From positions 1 through 49,598 of the forward strand of contig MHTL01000002.1 in the NCBI GenBank assembly GCA_001823095.1: a stretch of DNA of 49,598 bases, in the 5' to 3' direction. A program made the position numbers and the translations under genes. Under the pieces are notes generated by a model. The model was not told the origin of the DNA, did no database searches, and worked only from the letters and a program-made list of their open reading frames with translations. Positions 28,344-38,228 of this stretch are shown in pieces. Source of the stretch: Candidatus Vogelbacteria bacterium RIFOXYD1_FULL_51_18 (GTDB lineage: Bacteria; Patescibacteriota; Minisyncoccia; Phycocordibacterales; UBA9988). How positions within the stretch are numbered: the first letter of the stretch is position 1; each line of letters starts with the position of its first letter.

Positions 28344-29888
28344 TCATCCTTTTCCACCGTCATCCGTGCGGATTTTGTGGGGGAGCGTGATGCTAAACAC
28401 GTTGATTGCCCCCAAATCTGTTTCCCAGAGGCTGTTATGCCATGACATTCTTCCGAAGCTAAAACCTCTCGGAAATGCAACAGGATATCCCCACCCAATA
28501 GTGATGGACTCGAACAGGAGTTCGGTGTAACTCTCGGAGTTAGCATCAGGAGCGAGAGAGGCATACACATCTATTTGCTTCTCTACCGGCCAATTGCCGT
28601 CCCACGAGCTCTCACTCATGTCAAAGAGCCACACGACCCCTTCTTCTTTCTGAATGCGTATCCCCTGGAATCCAATCGTACCGATGACCAATTTAAGGTC
28701 AGTGAGAAATGAGTAAGGAATAACATCTTTGTTTTGCGTCGAATCTGGGGCCTCCGGTACTGGTGTTTCCGGAATTTCTACCGGAGCCCATTCCCTCTCC
28801 GCGATTTGCCAGATGCCTCCCTTGCCTTGAGCACGGATAGGCATGTGAGCAATCAGTTTGCCTGTGTTGCCCGGGAAAATACCCTCACAACGCCTTACGA
28901 TATCAAAGACGGCCGTGCCATAGGGATTAAGCAGAAAGAATTGATTTTTCTGCGGTTTCCCCACGACAGCATTTGCGCGCATGTCGCTCGGTAGAGCGGG
29001 TGAACGATCTTGCCACCCGAACTCGTTGAACGACCCTCGGACATTGTATTCCATAATGCGTAGTGCGCTCGGGTCCAATAGGTCCAGTGCAGGGGCAATA
29101 GTTCTGTACGCACGACCATCATAATTATTCTTTGTACTCTTGAGTGAGAACTCCAGGACAAGCAATAACTTGTCACCTGCTCTAAGGTAGAGCTTCGGAA
29201 TGTCCATGGTGCGGAACCCAAATCGAATGACTCCTTCGCGGACCATGCCACGTACGGGGACTTGCCGTTTCAGTTTTCCGTCCTCGTCAACAATGATGTA
29301 GTAGAGTGTTGGATTCGACAGCTCGTTGAAATCGAGCATACGATTCTCCTGCCCGGTAATGGGTGCGTTGACGATGCGGTTTACCATAAAAATGGCAAAC
29401 CGGATATCAACAGCGTCCGCATTCTGATCTTCCACCAACCATGTTCGGTACATGCGGACGGTTTCGTAGTCTTGGAGGTTTACGGCGGTAATCGTTGGCT
29501 CCGTGTTTGACTCGGGTACGTAGGGTTGGTCTGAAGTATCTAATCCGTACCATGCGGGGAGTAGCGTGACTATAGGCGCAAACTTACCTTCTGTTCCCGG
29601 CGGCAGGGGGATATCGTAATCCACACTCCCGCCTCCGCCACTACCACCACCGCCACCAGCATCTTTGTTGGCCTTGGCTTCAGTGCGTTTCTTGATGAAG
29701 GCCTGCGCTAGAGGAACAAACTCCTCCGGCGACTGGGGGGTCTGGTACTGTTGCTCTCCTGATGCGCCCGCAATGAGCGTGGGGGAGAGAGGCGCACCCT
29801 CGGCAGTGCCGAAGTATATGTACAATGCAACTGTTGCTCCCACTAAGATTACCAACCATGCCCAGAAGACGATCTTTTCTCTCTTCAT
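28344..29888 (-). CDS. Membrane-anchored hypothetical protein (about 514 aa)
   Basis: N-terminal TM, Gly-Ser linker, consensus promoter 29951-29979, AAGGAG RBS. Confidence 0.75.
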   Translation of the reverse strand: MKREKIVFWAWLVILVGATVALYIYFGTAEGAPLSPTLIAGASGEQQYQTPQSPEEFVPLAQAFIKKRTEAKANKDAGGGGGSGGGGSVDYDIPLPPGTEGKFAPIVTLLPAWYGLDTSDQPYVPESNTEPTITAVNLQDYETVRMYRTWLVEDQNADAVDIRFAIFMVNRIVNAPITGQENRMLDFNELSNPTLYYIIVDEDGKLKRQVPVRGMVREGVIRFGFRTMDIPKLYLRAGDKLLLVLEFSLKSTKNNYDGRAYRTIAPALDLLDPSALRIMEYNVRGSFNEFGWQDRSPALPSDMRANAVVGKPQKNQFFLLNPYGTAVFDIVRRCEGIFPGNTGKLIAHMPIRAQGKGGIWQIAEREWAPVEIPETPVPEAPDSTQNKDVIPYSFLTDLKLVIGTIGFQGIRIQKEEGVVWLFDMSESSWDGNWPVEKQIDVYASLAPDANSESYTELLFESITIGWGYPVAFPRGFSFGRMSWHNSLWETDLGAINVFSITLPHKIRTDDGGKG

Positions 29889-30008
29889 TTCTAATCTCCT
29901 TGTTTTCAATGATCAACCCCGTAAAACGGGGTTTTATAAGCTCTTTTTACATGATAGCATGTTTTTATATCTTTGTCAATCTTCCGCGTGAGGAGCTACA
30001 ATGGAGTC

Positions 30009-30860
30009 ATGCAGAAGCTCAAAATTGGGGTTTTGGCAGGATTAACTCTCCTCACCGCGCTTGTGTGGTATGCAGTCTGGCAGGAAGAGCAGAGGGGGCT
30101 CACCGTGGCTTTTTTGGATGTTGGGCAGGGCGATGCCGTTTATATAGAAGCTCCCAACGGCAATCAACTCCTTATCGACGGCGGGCGGGGGAGGGCAGTC
30201 CTGCGGGAGCTCGGCGCTGTAATGCCTCTCTATGACCGCAGCATTGATGTGGTGCTGGCTACACACCCTGACGCCGACCATATCGGCGGGCTCATCCCGA
30301 TGCTGGAATCCTACCGCGTGGGCGCGGTGATTGAGTCCGGCAATGAGCGCGAGACGGCGGTGACTGTAGGTTTTGAAAGAGCCGTGGCGCAGGAGGGGGC
30401 ACTGCGCGTTGCCGCGCGGCGCGGAATGCGCGTTGATCTCGGGGACGGCGCCGTGTTTACTATCCTGTATCCGGATAGGAACGTTGCACGAGTGGAATCA
30501 AACGAGGCGTCCATTGTGGGCCAGCTCCGCTACGGCAGTACCACCGTGCTCCTCACGGGCGATGCGCCCGCAAGTGTGGAGCGCATTCTTATTGCAAAGG
30601 ACGGTAGCGGGCTACAGAGCACGGTGCTCAAGCCGGGTCACCACGGTTCGCGCAGCTCCTCTGTGCTGGAGTTCCTTGCCGCTGTTTCGCCGGAGCTCGC
30701 CGTTATCTCGGCGGGCACGGGCAACAGCTATGGGCATCCGCACACGGAGGTGCTTGCGCGCCTCGCACAATCAAAAATCCGTACCCTGCGTACGGATGTG
30801 GAGGGGAGAATTATATTGAAGAGCGATGGGCGGCGCTTGAGCGTGAGTGCAGAGAAGTAG
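30009..30860 (+). CDS. ComEC-associated MBL-fold metallo-hydrolase
   Basis: FLDVGQGDA, LIDGG, THPDADHIGG, LLTGD, HHGS, NSYGHPH. Confidence 0.92.
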   Translation: MQKLKIGVLAGLTLLTALVWYAVWQEEQRGLTVAFLDVGQGDAVYIEAPNGNQLLIDGGRGRAVLRELGAVMPLYDRSIDVVLATHPDADHIGGLIPMLESYRVGAVIESGNERETAVTVGFERAVAQEGALRVAARRGMRVDLGDGAVFTILYPDRNVARVESNEASIVGQLRYGSTTVLLTGDAPASVERILIAKDGSGLQSTVLKPGHHGSRSSSVLEFLAAVSPELAVISAGTGNSYGHPHTEVLARLAQSKIRTLRTDVEGRIILKSDGRRLSVSAEK

Positions 30861-31047
30861 TAAGGTGCTTTTTTGCCTTGAGACAGCGTGTGCAGATTTT
30901 GATTCTCCCGCCACTAGGCAGGCGTGCCCACTGTAGGTTCAAAAAAACACGCCGCTTGCCGGTCGGATTGTACTTAGTGGCGCGCACGCGGTTGGAGTAG
31001 CCTCCCGCAATGCGGCTCCCGCGCCCGCACAGTGGACAAACTTTCAT
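30811..31047 (-). CDS. rpmB: 50S ribosomal protein bL28 (Zn-ribbon type)
   Basis: MKVCPLCGRG...KRRVFLNLQ...KICTRCLK. Confidence 0.85.
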   Translation of the reverse strand: MKVCPLCGRGSRIAGGYSNRVRATKYNPTGKRRVFLNLQWARLPSGGRIKICTRCLKAKKHLTTSLHSRSSAAHRSSI

Positions 31048-31102
31048 AGGTGTTGAGTGGCCAAAAGGTATGGTATCATAAAGCTCCCCATTTGCAAGAA
31101 AT

Positions 31103-31714
31103 ATGTTTGAGACCCTATTCCTTATTCTCATCCTCATATTCTCGGTTGTTATCCATGAGGTTGCCCACGGCTACGCCGCAAGCGCCTTGGGCGATGATAC
31201 CGCGCGCCACGCGGGCAGGTTGACCCTCAATCCTTTAGCGCACCTTGACCCGGTGGGCTCGGTACTGGTGCCTCTCGTGCTCGCGCTCCTGCCCGGGGGG
31301 CTGATTCTCGGCTGGGCCAAGCCGGTTCCCTACAACCCTTACAACCTGCGCGCGCGGCGCTTCGGCCCTGCTATCGTTGCGCTCGCAGGGCCGCTCGCCA
31401 ACATCTGCTTGGCGCTTTTGATGGTAGTCGCGGTGCGGCTCCTGCCCGTGGCGGGCATCGCGCTCTCGGAGGCGCTCTTTGCAGGCATCGCCTCCATTGT
31501 GCTTATTAACGTGGTGCTGGCGCTTTTTAATCTCATGCCCGTGCCGCCCCTCGACGGCTCCAAGGTGCTTTTCTCGCTCCTGCCGTACCGTTACCATTTT
31601 ATAGAGGAGGCGCTGGAGCACTACTGGTTCATCTTCCTCCTCGCGGCGCTCCTCCTCTGGCCTTACCTCGCCAGTTTTGTCATCGCCCTCACCACACTCC
31701 TCTTGGAGGTCTAA
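31103..31714 (+). CDS. Site-2 protease (M50) family
   Basis: HEVAH, LTLNPLAHLD, GWAKPVP, AGPLAN, FNLMPVPPLDG. Confidence 0.93.
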   Translation: MFETLFLILILIFSVVIHEVAHGYAASALGDDTARHAGRLTLNPLAHLDPVGSVLVPLVLALLPGGLILGWAKPVPYNPYNLRARRFGPAIVALAGPLANICLALLMVVAVRLLPVAGIALSEALFAGIASIVLINVVLALFNLMPVPPLDGSKVLFSLLPYRYHFIEEALEHYWFIFLLAALLLWPYLASFVIALTTLLLEV

Positions 31715-31980
31715 ACACCCCACCCCTTACCCCTCTCGCCCTTGGGGGAAGGAGCAGGGGGGTGGGGTTTTATAGACTCACCGTATTTTTGCGTAATAAA
31801 AAATCATATCACTTTTCTACGATCGTAGAATTTTGGTATGATTTTTATATGTGGTAAAAATGGATTGAAAAATTTACTGCTTTGGCGGCAAATTCTTTGA
31901 AATAAACTGAGTAAAGTAAAAGGCCACCAACTTTTTTGCTGGTGGCCCTGCGACGCCGAACATGGCTGGACATCCGGTAG

Positions 31981-32319
31981 TTACTTGCTGTGATTTTTCC
32001 TGAATTCAATAGCAAGCTCGATGACCTTCTGGATGACTGGGCCGGGACAAGCTTGAAGCCCCGCCTTCGCAATCTCACGATATGCCTGCTGCTGTTGAGG
32101 GGTGAGCTCATCGTAGCCGTCGGGGCTTTTCCAATCTTCGGGAAAGACGTCAGGGACGAACTCGAGGATCTTCTCTATCTGATCTCGGACGATTGGATAG
32201 AACTCGACCTGCCGGAAATAGAAATAGTCCTCGATTTCGTGTAAAACCTCGGCCTCTCCGCTCAAACGAGCTCCAAGGGACTCCAGATGTTCGACCTGCT
32301 GGAACAATGATTGCGCCAT
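31981..32319 (-). CDS. Hypothetical protein (112 aa)
   Basis: AGGAGG RBS, AT-rich upstream promoter, downstream terminator GGCCACCA/TGGTGGCC. Confidence 0.7.
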   Translation of the reverse strand: MAQSLFQQVEHLESLGARLSGEAEVLHEIEDYFYFRQVEFYPIVRDQIEKILEFVPDVFPEDWKSPDGYDELTPQQQQAYREIAKAGLQACPGPVIQKVIELAIEFRKNHSK

Positions 32320-32540
32320 GGCAACCTCCTATTCAGTTTTATCGGTGCAATATCTAACAATGATATTAGCAAAATGATCATAAAAGTCAACACTAAAAAT
32401 AATAAAATTATGACGGCCGTCTTGAAATTATTATCAGTTTGAAACTTGGTCATTAGAACCTGCTACTTACCGCCCCGACACATCGGTGTCGCGGGCTTTT
32501 TCTTGCACATTTTTGGCGCGTATAGTAGAGTTACGCTCGT

Positions 32541-32963
32541 ATGCCGACAATTAATCAGCTCGTCCGCCGCGGGAGAAAGCGGCAGGTCAAGAAGGCACGC
32601 ACCGTCGGGCTCGCGCGCGGTTTCAATACGCTCAAAAATAAACCTGTTTTCTACCCGTCTCCATTCAAGCGCGGCGTGTGCATCCAAGTCAAGACCACCA
32701 CGCCTAAAAAGCCGAACTCCGCTCTGCGCAAAATTGCCCGCGTGCGCCTCACCAACGGCATGGAGGTGACTGCCTACATCCCCGGCGAGGGGCACAACCT
32801 GCAGGAGCACTCGGTGGTGCTTATTCGCGGTGGGCGCGTCAAGGACCTCCCGGGTGTGCGCTATCACATCGTCCGCGGCGTGCTGGACACCAGCGGGGTG
32901 GAAAAGCGCCGCCAGTCCCGCTCGCTCTACGGCTCAAAAAAGAATACGGTAGTCGCCAAATAA
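32541..32963 (+). CDS. rpsL: 30S ribosomal protein uS12
   Basis: [32 protein letters not shown]. Confidence 0.99.
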   Translation: MPTINQLVRRGRKRQVKKARTVGLARGFNTLKNKPVFYPSPFKRGVCIQVKTTTPKKPNSALRKIARVRLTNGMEVTAYIPGEGHNLQEHSVVLIRGGRVKDLPGVRYHIVRGVLDTSGVEKRRQSRSLYGSKKNTVVAK

Positions 32964-32968
32964 AATAT

Positions 32969-33448
32969 ATGAGAAGGAGTGTAAAAAATCGGAATAAGCC
33001 GGCGCCGGATTACCGTTTCAACTCCGCGCGTGTTTCGCAGTTTGCAAACTATGTGATGGAGCGCGGCAAAAAGAATGTCGCGCAGAAAATTGTTTACGGC
33101 GTGCTGGAGAAAATCGGAAAGGAGACGGGCCAGAACCCGGTGGAGGTCTTTGAGTCCGCCATCAGAAATGCGGGACCCACGGTAGAGGTGCGCTCGCGCC
33201 GCGTGGGCGGCGCCAACTACCAAGTGCCGCACGAGGTGCGCCCCGAGCGCCGCACCTCATTGGCATTGCGCTGGATGATTGCCGCCGCGCGCGCAAAAAA
33301 GGGAGCGCCCATGGCAGAAAAACTTTATGATGAAGTCGTCGCCGCCTCGCAGAACCAGGGCGAGGCGGTAAAAAAGAAGGAGAACGTCCACAAGATGGCG
33401 GAGGCCAACCGCGCCTTTGCCCACTTTGCCTGGACCTCACGCAAATAG
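32969..33448 (+). CDS. rpsG: 30S ribosomal protein uS7
   Basis: VEVRSRRVGGANYQVP, HKMAEANRAFAH. Confidence 0.99.
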   Translation: MRRSVKNRNKPAPDYRFNSARVSQFANYVMERGKKNVAQKIVYGVLEKIGKETGQNPVEVFESAIRNAGPTVEVRSRRVGGANYQVPHEVRPERRTSLALRWMIAAARAKKGAPMAEKLYDEVVAASQNQGEAVKKKENVHKMAEANRAFAHFAWTSRK

Positions 33449-35620
33449 ATGAACGGCAATCTCGAGAAGACACGCAACTTTGGCATCATTGCGCACATTG
33501 ACGCTGGCAAAACAACGGTGAGCGAGCGCATTTTGTTCTACACCGGCCTCTCGCACAAAATCGGCGAGGTGCACGAGGGCGCGGCGGTGATGGACTGGAT
33601 GGAACAGGAGCGCGAGCGCGGCATCACCATTACCTCTGCCGCAACGACCGCCTTCTGGGTGCCAACGTACTTGTCCGCCGAAGTCCGCCACGACGGAGCG
33701 GATGCAAAAGGCGATACCGCCTCTCCGTATCGCTTTAACATCATTGACACTCCCGGCCACATAGACTTTACCGTTGAGGTAAAGCGGAGCCTGCGCGTCC
33801 TTGACGGCGCCGTCGTCGTTTTTGACGGAGTTGCCGGCGTGGAGCCGCAGAGCGAGACTAACTGGCGCTATGCCGACGAGGGGAAGGTGCCGCGCATCTG
33901 CTTTATTAATAAATTGGACCGCACGGGCGCCTCGTTTGAGCACTCCTTTGCAACTATTTTGGACCGCCTCACTCCTAACGCGGTGCGCATACAGATTCCC
34001 ATTGGCGAGAGTGAGGCGCATGAGGGCGTCATAGACCTTCTCATCATGAAGGCCTACTCTTTTGAGGGCGACAAGGGCAAGGAGGTGATTGAAAAAGAGA
34101 TTCCCGAGAATCTCCGCGCGGCGGCCGAAGAGTACCGTGACATGTTGGTAGAAAAAATTGTTGAGCACGACGATGCCGCTATGACCAAGTACCTCGGCGG
34201 AGAGGAAATTCCCGTACAGGAGCTCAAAAGAATTTTACGCGCGGCCTGCATTGCCAACAAGCTCGTACCCGTCTTCTGCGGCTCGGCGCTCAAAAACAAG
34301 GGCGTCCAGCTGATACTGGACGCAGTGGTGGACTACCTGCCCTCTCCGCTGGACATCCTGCCGGTAAAGGGGCTTGACCCGGTGACGGGAGAGGAGATTC
34401 TGCGCCACGCGACTGATGACGAGCCATTTGCGGCGCTTGCCTTTAAGGTGCAGACTGACCCCTTTGTGGGCCAGCTGACTTACTTCCGCGTGTATTCGGG
34501 AAAGGTGGAGGCCGGCTCCTACATTTATAATGCGACGACGGGCACCAAGGAGCGTGTGGGACGCATTGTGCGCATGCACGCTAACCATCGCGAGGATGTG
34601 AAGGAAGTGCACGCGGGAGAGATTGCCGCTATGGTGGGACTTAAGAGTAGTAAGACTAGCGATACGCTCTGCGATGCCGAGCACCCCATCCTCTTGGAGA
34701 AGATTGAATTCCCCGAACCGGTGGTGTCTTTGCGTATTGAACCAAAGACGAAAGCCGATCAGGAGAAGATGGGCATGGCGCTCAAGCGTCTCTCTGACGA
34801 GGACCCGACCTTCCGCATCAAGTCCGACCAGGAGACGGGGGAGACGATTATTTCCGGCATGGGCGAACTGCACTTGGACATCATTGTTGACCGTATGAAG
34901 CGCGAGTTTAACGTGGAGGCAAATGTGGGTAAGCCGCAGGTAGCCTACCGCGAGACCATCACCGGCACCGCAGAGGTAGAGAATAAGTACATCAAGCAGA
35001 GCGGCGGCCGCGGCCAGTATGGCCACGTGCGCATCCGTGTTAAGCCCTTGGACAAACACATCCCCGAGGGCGCAAAGATTCCCAAGAACGTCACGCGCGA
35101 GCATAATTTTGAATTCATCAACAACATCAAGGGCGGCATTATCCCGCAAGAGTATATTCCCGCAGTGGAGAAAGGCATCCGTGAGGGCATGAGCCGCGGG
35201 GTGCTCGCGGGCTTTGAGCTCGTTGATATATCCGTTGACCTCTATGACGGCTCCTACCACGAGGTGGACTCATCCGAGATGGCCTTTAAAATGGCCGGCT
35301 CCATGGCGCTACAGGATGCGGCGCGGCGGGCCAATCCGGTAATCCTTGAACCGATTATGAAGGTGGAAGTGGTAACGCCGGAGAAGTTTATGGGCGATGT
35401 GACGGGTAACCTTTCGTCCAAACGCGGGCAGATTGAGGGCATGGAAGAACGCGGTGGTAACCGCGTGATTCGCGCCAAGGTACCTCTTTCGGAAATGTTT
35501 GGCTACGTCACTTCCCTGCGCTCCATGACGGAGGGGCGGGCAACCTTCACCATGGAATTTTTGGAGTACGCCATCGTCCCCCAGAGTGTCGCCACCGGCA
35601 TCATTGAATCGCGCAAGTAA
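33449..35620 (+). CDS. fusA: Elongation factor G
   Basis: [30 protein letters not shown]. Confidence 0.99.
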   Translation: MNGNLEKTRNFGIIAHIDAGKTTVSERILFYTGLSHKIGEVHEGAAVMDWMEQERERGITITSAATTAFWVPTYLSAEVRHDGADAKGDTASPYRFNIIDTPGHIDFTVEVKRSLRVLDGAVVVFDGVAGVEPQSETNWRYADEGKVPRICFINKLDRTGASFEHSFATILDRLTPNAVRIQIPIGESEAHEGVIDLLIMKAYSFEGDKGKEVIEKEIPENLRAAAEEYRDMLVEKIVEHDDAAMTKYLGGEEIPVQELKRILRAACIANKLVPVFCGSALKNKGVQLILDAVVDYLPSPLDILPVKGLDPVTGEEILRHATDDEPFAALAFKVQTDPFVGQLTYFRVYSGKVEAGSYIYNATTGTKERVGRIVRMHANHREDVKEVHAGEIAAMVGLKSSKTSDTLCDAEHPILLEKIEFPEPVVSLRIEPKTKADQEKMGMALKRLSDEDPTFRIKSDQETGETIISGMGELHLDIIVDRMKREFNVEANVGKPQVAYRETITGTAEVENKYIKQSGGRGQYGHVRIRVKPLDKHIPEGAKIPKNVTREHNFEFINNIKGGIIPQEYIPAVEKGIREGMSRGVLAGFELVDISVDLYDGSYHEVDSSEMAFKMAGSMALQDAARRANPVILEPIMKVEVVTPEKFMGDVTGNLSSKRGQIEGMEERGGNRVIRAKVPLSEMFGYVTSLRSMTEGRATFTMEFLEYAIVPQSVATGIIESRK

Positions 35621-35649
35621 ATTGACTGGAGTCTGACTCCAGTCAATTT
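35619..35649. repeat. REP-like palindrome, copy 2
   Basis: AAATTGACTGGAGTC-T-GACTCCAGTCAATTT right after the fusA stop. Confidence 0.75.
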
Positions 35650-35653
35650 ATGC

Positions 35654-35779
35654 AAAAAGAAAAGGCCCCGAGCGGGGGCCGAAGGTGAGGTGGGAGCTAA
35701 GAGAGGATTTTGCGCCTGTTAAGGATTAGCAGGCGACGGGGGCAATGTTCTTAAGCCAGAATACTGACTTTTGCTACTT
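35654..35779 (-). ncRNA. Candidate small RNA of about 125 nt between fusA and tuf, opposite strand
   Basis: TTGACA(35815-35810)-18-TGaTATAAT(35794-35786) promoter; GGCCCC-loop-GGGGCC-TTTTCTTTTT terminator; two internal hairpins. Confidence 0.55.
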
Positions 35780-35986
35780 TCTTCCATTATATCATAGAAC
35801 TATATCATTTGTCAATATCCAGTGGTAAATCCACCATTGAGCCGTAGTTTTGGACTTGCTCCGTGTCCGCCACGGCGAATGTGCGGGGTTGACTTCCAGT
35901 GGAGGTCTGCTAGTATCCTAGTACGCATTCTGCGCGCTTTTTATTGTGCACAGTCGTGTTATTTATAAGTTATCTATCATAAAAGT

Positions 35987-37180
35987 ATGGCAGACAAATT
36001 TGACCGTTCCAAGCCGCACGTCAACGTCGGCACCATCGGGCACGTTGACCACGGCAAAACGACGCTCACCGCGGCTATTTTGCATGTGCTGAACCTTGCG
36101 GGCAACAAGGTGAAGATGCGCGGTGTCAACGAGATTGACAACGCCCCCGAGGAGCGCGAGCGCGGTATTACCATTGCACTCTCGCACAACGAGTACGAAA
36201 CGGCAGCCCGCCACTATGCGCACATTGATGCGCCCGGCCACGCCGACTACATTAAAAACATGATTACCGGCGCCGCGCAGATGGATGGCGCTATCATTGT
36301 GGTTGCGGCAACGGACGGCGTGATGCCCCAGACGCGCGAGCACATCCTCCTGGCCCGCCAAGTTGGCGTGCCTAAGATTGTGGTCTTTCTCAACAAGGTA
36401 GACATGGTTGACGACAAAGAACTCGTTGACCTTGTGGAAGAGGAAGTGCGCGATCTCCTCACCAAGTACGAGTACGACGGCAAGGGCGCGCCGGTCATCC
36501 GCGGTTCTGCGCTCAAGGCGCTTGACGCAAAGAGCGCTGACGACGAGGCGGCCAAGCCAATTCTGGAACTTGCCAAGGCGCTTGACGAGTACATTCCCGA
36601 GCCGGTTCGTGATACATCCAAACCCTTTCTCATGCCGATTGAAGACATCTTCTCCATTGAAGGCCGCGGAACCGTAGTTACCGGACGCATTGAGCGCGGC
36701 GTGGTAAAGGTGGGTGAAGAAGTTGAGATCATCGGCCTCAAGGCAAGCGCTAAGACGACGGTGACTGGTATTGAGATGTTCAACAAACAGCTGGACGAGG
36801 GGATGGCAGGCGACAATGCCGGCGTCCTCCTGCGCGGTGTGAAGAAGGAGGACATTACTCGCGGCCAGGTGCTGGCCAAGCCGGGATCAGTCACGCCGCA
36901 CACCGACTTTGAGGCGCAGGTTTACATCCTTAACAAGGATGAAGGCGGCCGCCACACTCCGTTCTTCAACGGCTACAAGCCGCAGTTCTACATCCGTACC
37001 ACCGATGTGACCGGAGAGGTCACTCTCCCCGATGGCGCCGAAATGGTCATGCCGGGCGACACGGTCACCTTCAAGGTAAAGCTCGTTGCCCCGGTGGCGC
37101 TTGAGGAGAAGCTCCGCTTTGCCATCCGTGAAGGCGGCCACACCGTCGGCGCCGGTTCTGTTACCAAGATTACCGCTTAA
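35987..37180 (+). CDS. tuf: Elongation factor Tu
   Basis: [28 protein letters not shown]. Confidence 0.99.
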   Translation: MADKFDRSKPHVNVGTIGHVDHGKTTLTAAILHVLNLAGNKVKMRGVNEIDNAPEERERGITIALSHNEYETAARHYAHIDAPGHADYIKNMITGAAQMDGAIIVVAATDGVMPQTREHILLARQVGVPKIVVFLNKVDMVDDKELVDLVEEEVRDLLTKYEYDGKGAPVIRGSALKALDAKSADDEAAKPILELAKALDEYIPEPVRDTSKPFLMPIEDIFSIEGRGTVVTGRIERGVVKVGEEVEIIGLKASAKTTVTGIEMFNKQLDEGMAGDNAGVLLRGVKKEDITRGQVLAKPGSVTPHTDFEAQVYILNKDEGGRHTPFFNGYKPQFYIRTTDVTGEVTLPDGAEMVMPGDTVTFKVKLVAPVALEEKLRFAIREGGHTVGAGSVTKITA

Positions 37181-37181
37181 T

Positions 37182-37595
37182 ATGGCAGTCGCTCTCGTTA
37201 AGCCTAAGGCCGCGCCTCGCACTGCTGCGCAAAAGCCGCGCGGTGCACGCAAGCCTGCGGTAAAGAAGGCGGCGGGAGGCGGACTAGAGATGGGGAAGCT
37301 CCGCATCCGCATCTCTGCCTACGAGAACAAGGTGCTGGATGCCTCGGTCAAGCAGATTATGGACACTGCACTGCGCTATGATGCGACCGTGCGCGGCCCG
37401 GTGCCCTTGCCTACGGGCATCAAGCGCTACACGGTCAACCGCGCGTCCTTTATAGACAAGAATTCGCGGGAGCAGTTTGAAATGCGTATCCACAAGCGGC
37501 TCTTGGATATCCTCAATCCCAATCCCAAAATCGTGGAGAGTCTCACTAACCTCTCCCTGCCCTCTGGCGTTCACATTGACGTCAAGATGATGTAG
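37182..37595 (+). CDS. rpsJ: 30S ribosomal protein uS10, with basic N-terminal extension (alternative start 37290)
   Basis: KLRIRI, GPVPLPT, SREQFEMRIHKRL. Confidence 0.97.
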   Translation: MAVALVKPKAAPRTAAQKPRGARKPAVKKAAGGGLEMGKLRIRISAYENKVLDASVKQIMDTALRYDATVRGPVPLPTGIKRYTVNRASFIDKNSREQFEMRIHKRLLDILNPNPKIVESLTNLSLPSGVHIDVKMM

Positions 37596-37604
37596 TAATC
37601 TATT

Positions 37605-38219
37605 ATGAAGTATTTACTCGCCACAAAGATAGCGATGACGGAGCTCTTTGATGAGAGCGGCAATGCCCATGGCGCAACCGTCCTCAAAACCGGCCCTCTT
37701 ACCGTAACGCAACTGCGCACAAAGGAGAAGGACGGCTATGCCGCGCTCCAGGCGGGATTTGTGGCGGCTAAGGAGAAATCGCTCACCAAGCCTCTCAAGG
37801 GCCATCTCAAGGCTTCAGGAGGGCTCTTTAAACATTTGAAAGAGTTTCCATTAGATGGCGACATGGAAGTGAAGGTGGGAGATACGGTAGGCCTGTCCCA
37901 ATTTGCCCCCGGCGATACCGTTACCGTGCGGGGCATCTCTAAGGGCAAGGGCTTCCAGGGTGTGGTGAAGCGGCACGGCTTCCACGGCGGACCGCGCTCG
38001 CACGGCCAAAAGCACTCCGAGCGCGAGCCTGGCTCCATCGGCGCCTCTGGCGTCCAGCGCGTGTACAAGGGTGTCCGCATGGCCGGCCGCATGGGAGGAG
38101 ACGCGATTACCGTTAAAAATCTCACTGTGCTTAAGGTTGACGCAGAGCGTAGCGAGCTCTATCTTAAGGGTGCAATTCCCGGGCGCCGTGGGACCGTGCT
38201 TACCGTCATTGGCCGCTAA
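37605..38219 (+). CDS. rplC: 50S ribosomal protein uL3
   Basis: SKGKGFQGVVKRH, GRMGG. Confidence 0.98.
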   Translation: MKYLLATKIAMTELFDESGNAHGATVLKTGPLTVTQLRTKEKDGYAALQAGFVAAKEKSLTKPLKGHLKASGGLFKHLKEFPLDGDMEVKVGDTVGLSQFAPGDTVTVRGISKGKGFQGVVKRHGFHGGPRSHGQKHSEREPGSIGASGVQRVYKGVRMAGRMGGDAITVKNLTVLKVDAERSELYLKGAIPGRRGTVLTVIGR

Positions 38220-38228
38220 GATAACACT

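Noticed and set aside
35719-35787. 22-codon ORF MEESSKSQYSGLRTLPPSPANP in the fusA-tuf element
   Set aside because: Its ATG lies within the -10 box, upstream of the predicted transcription start
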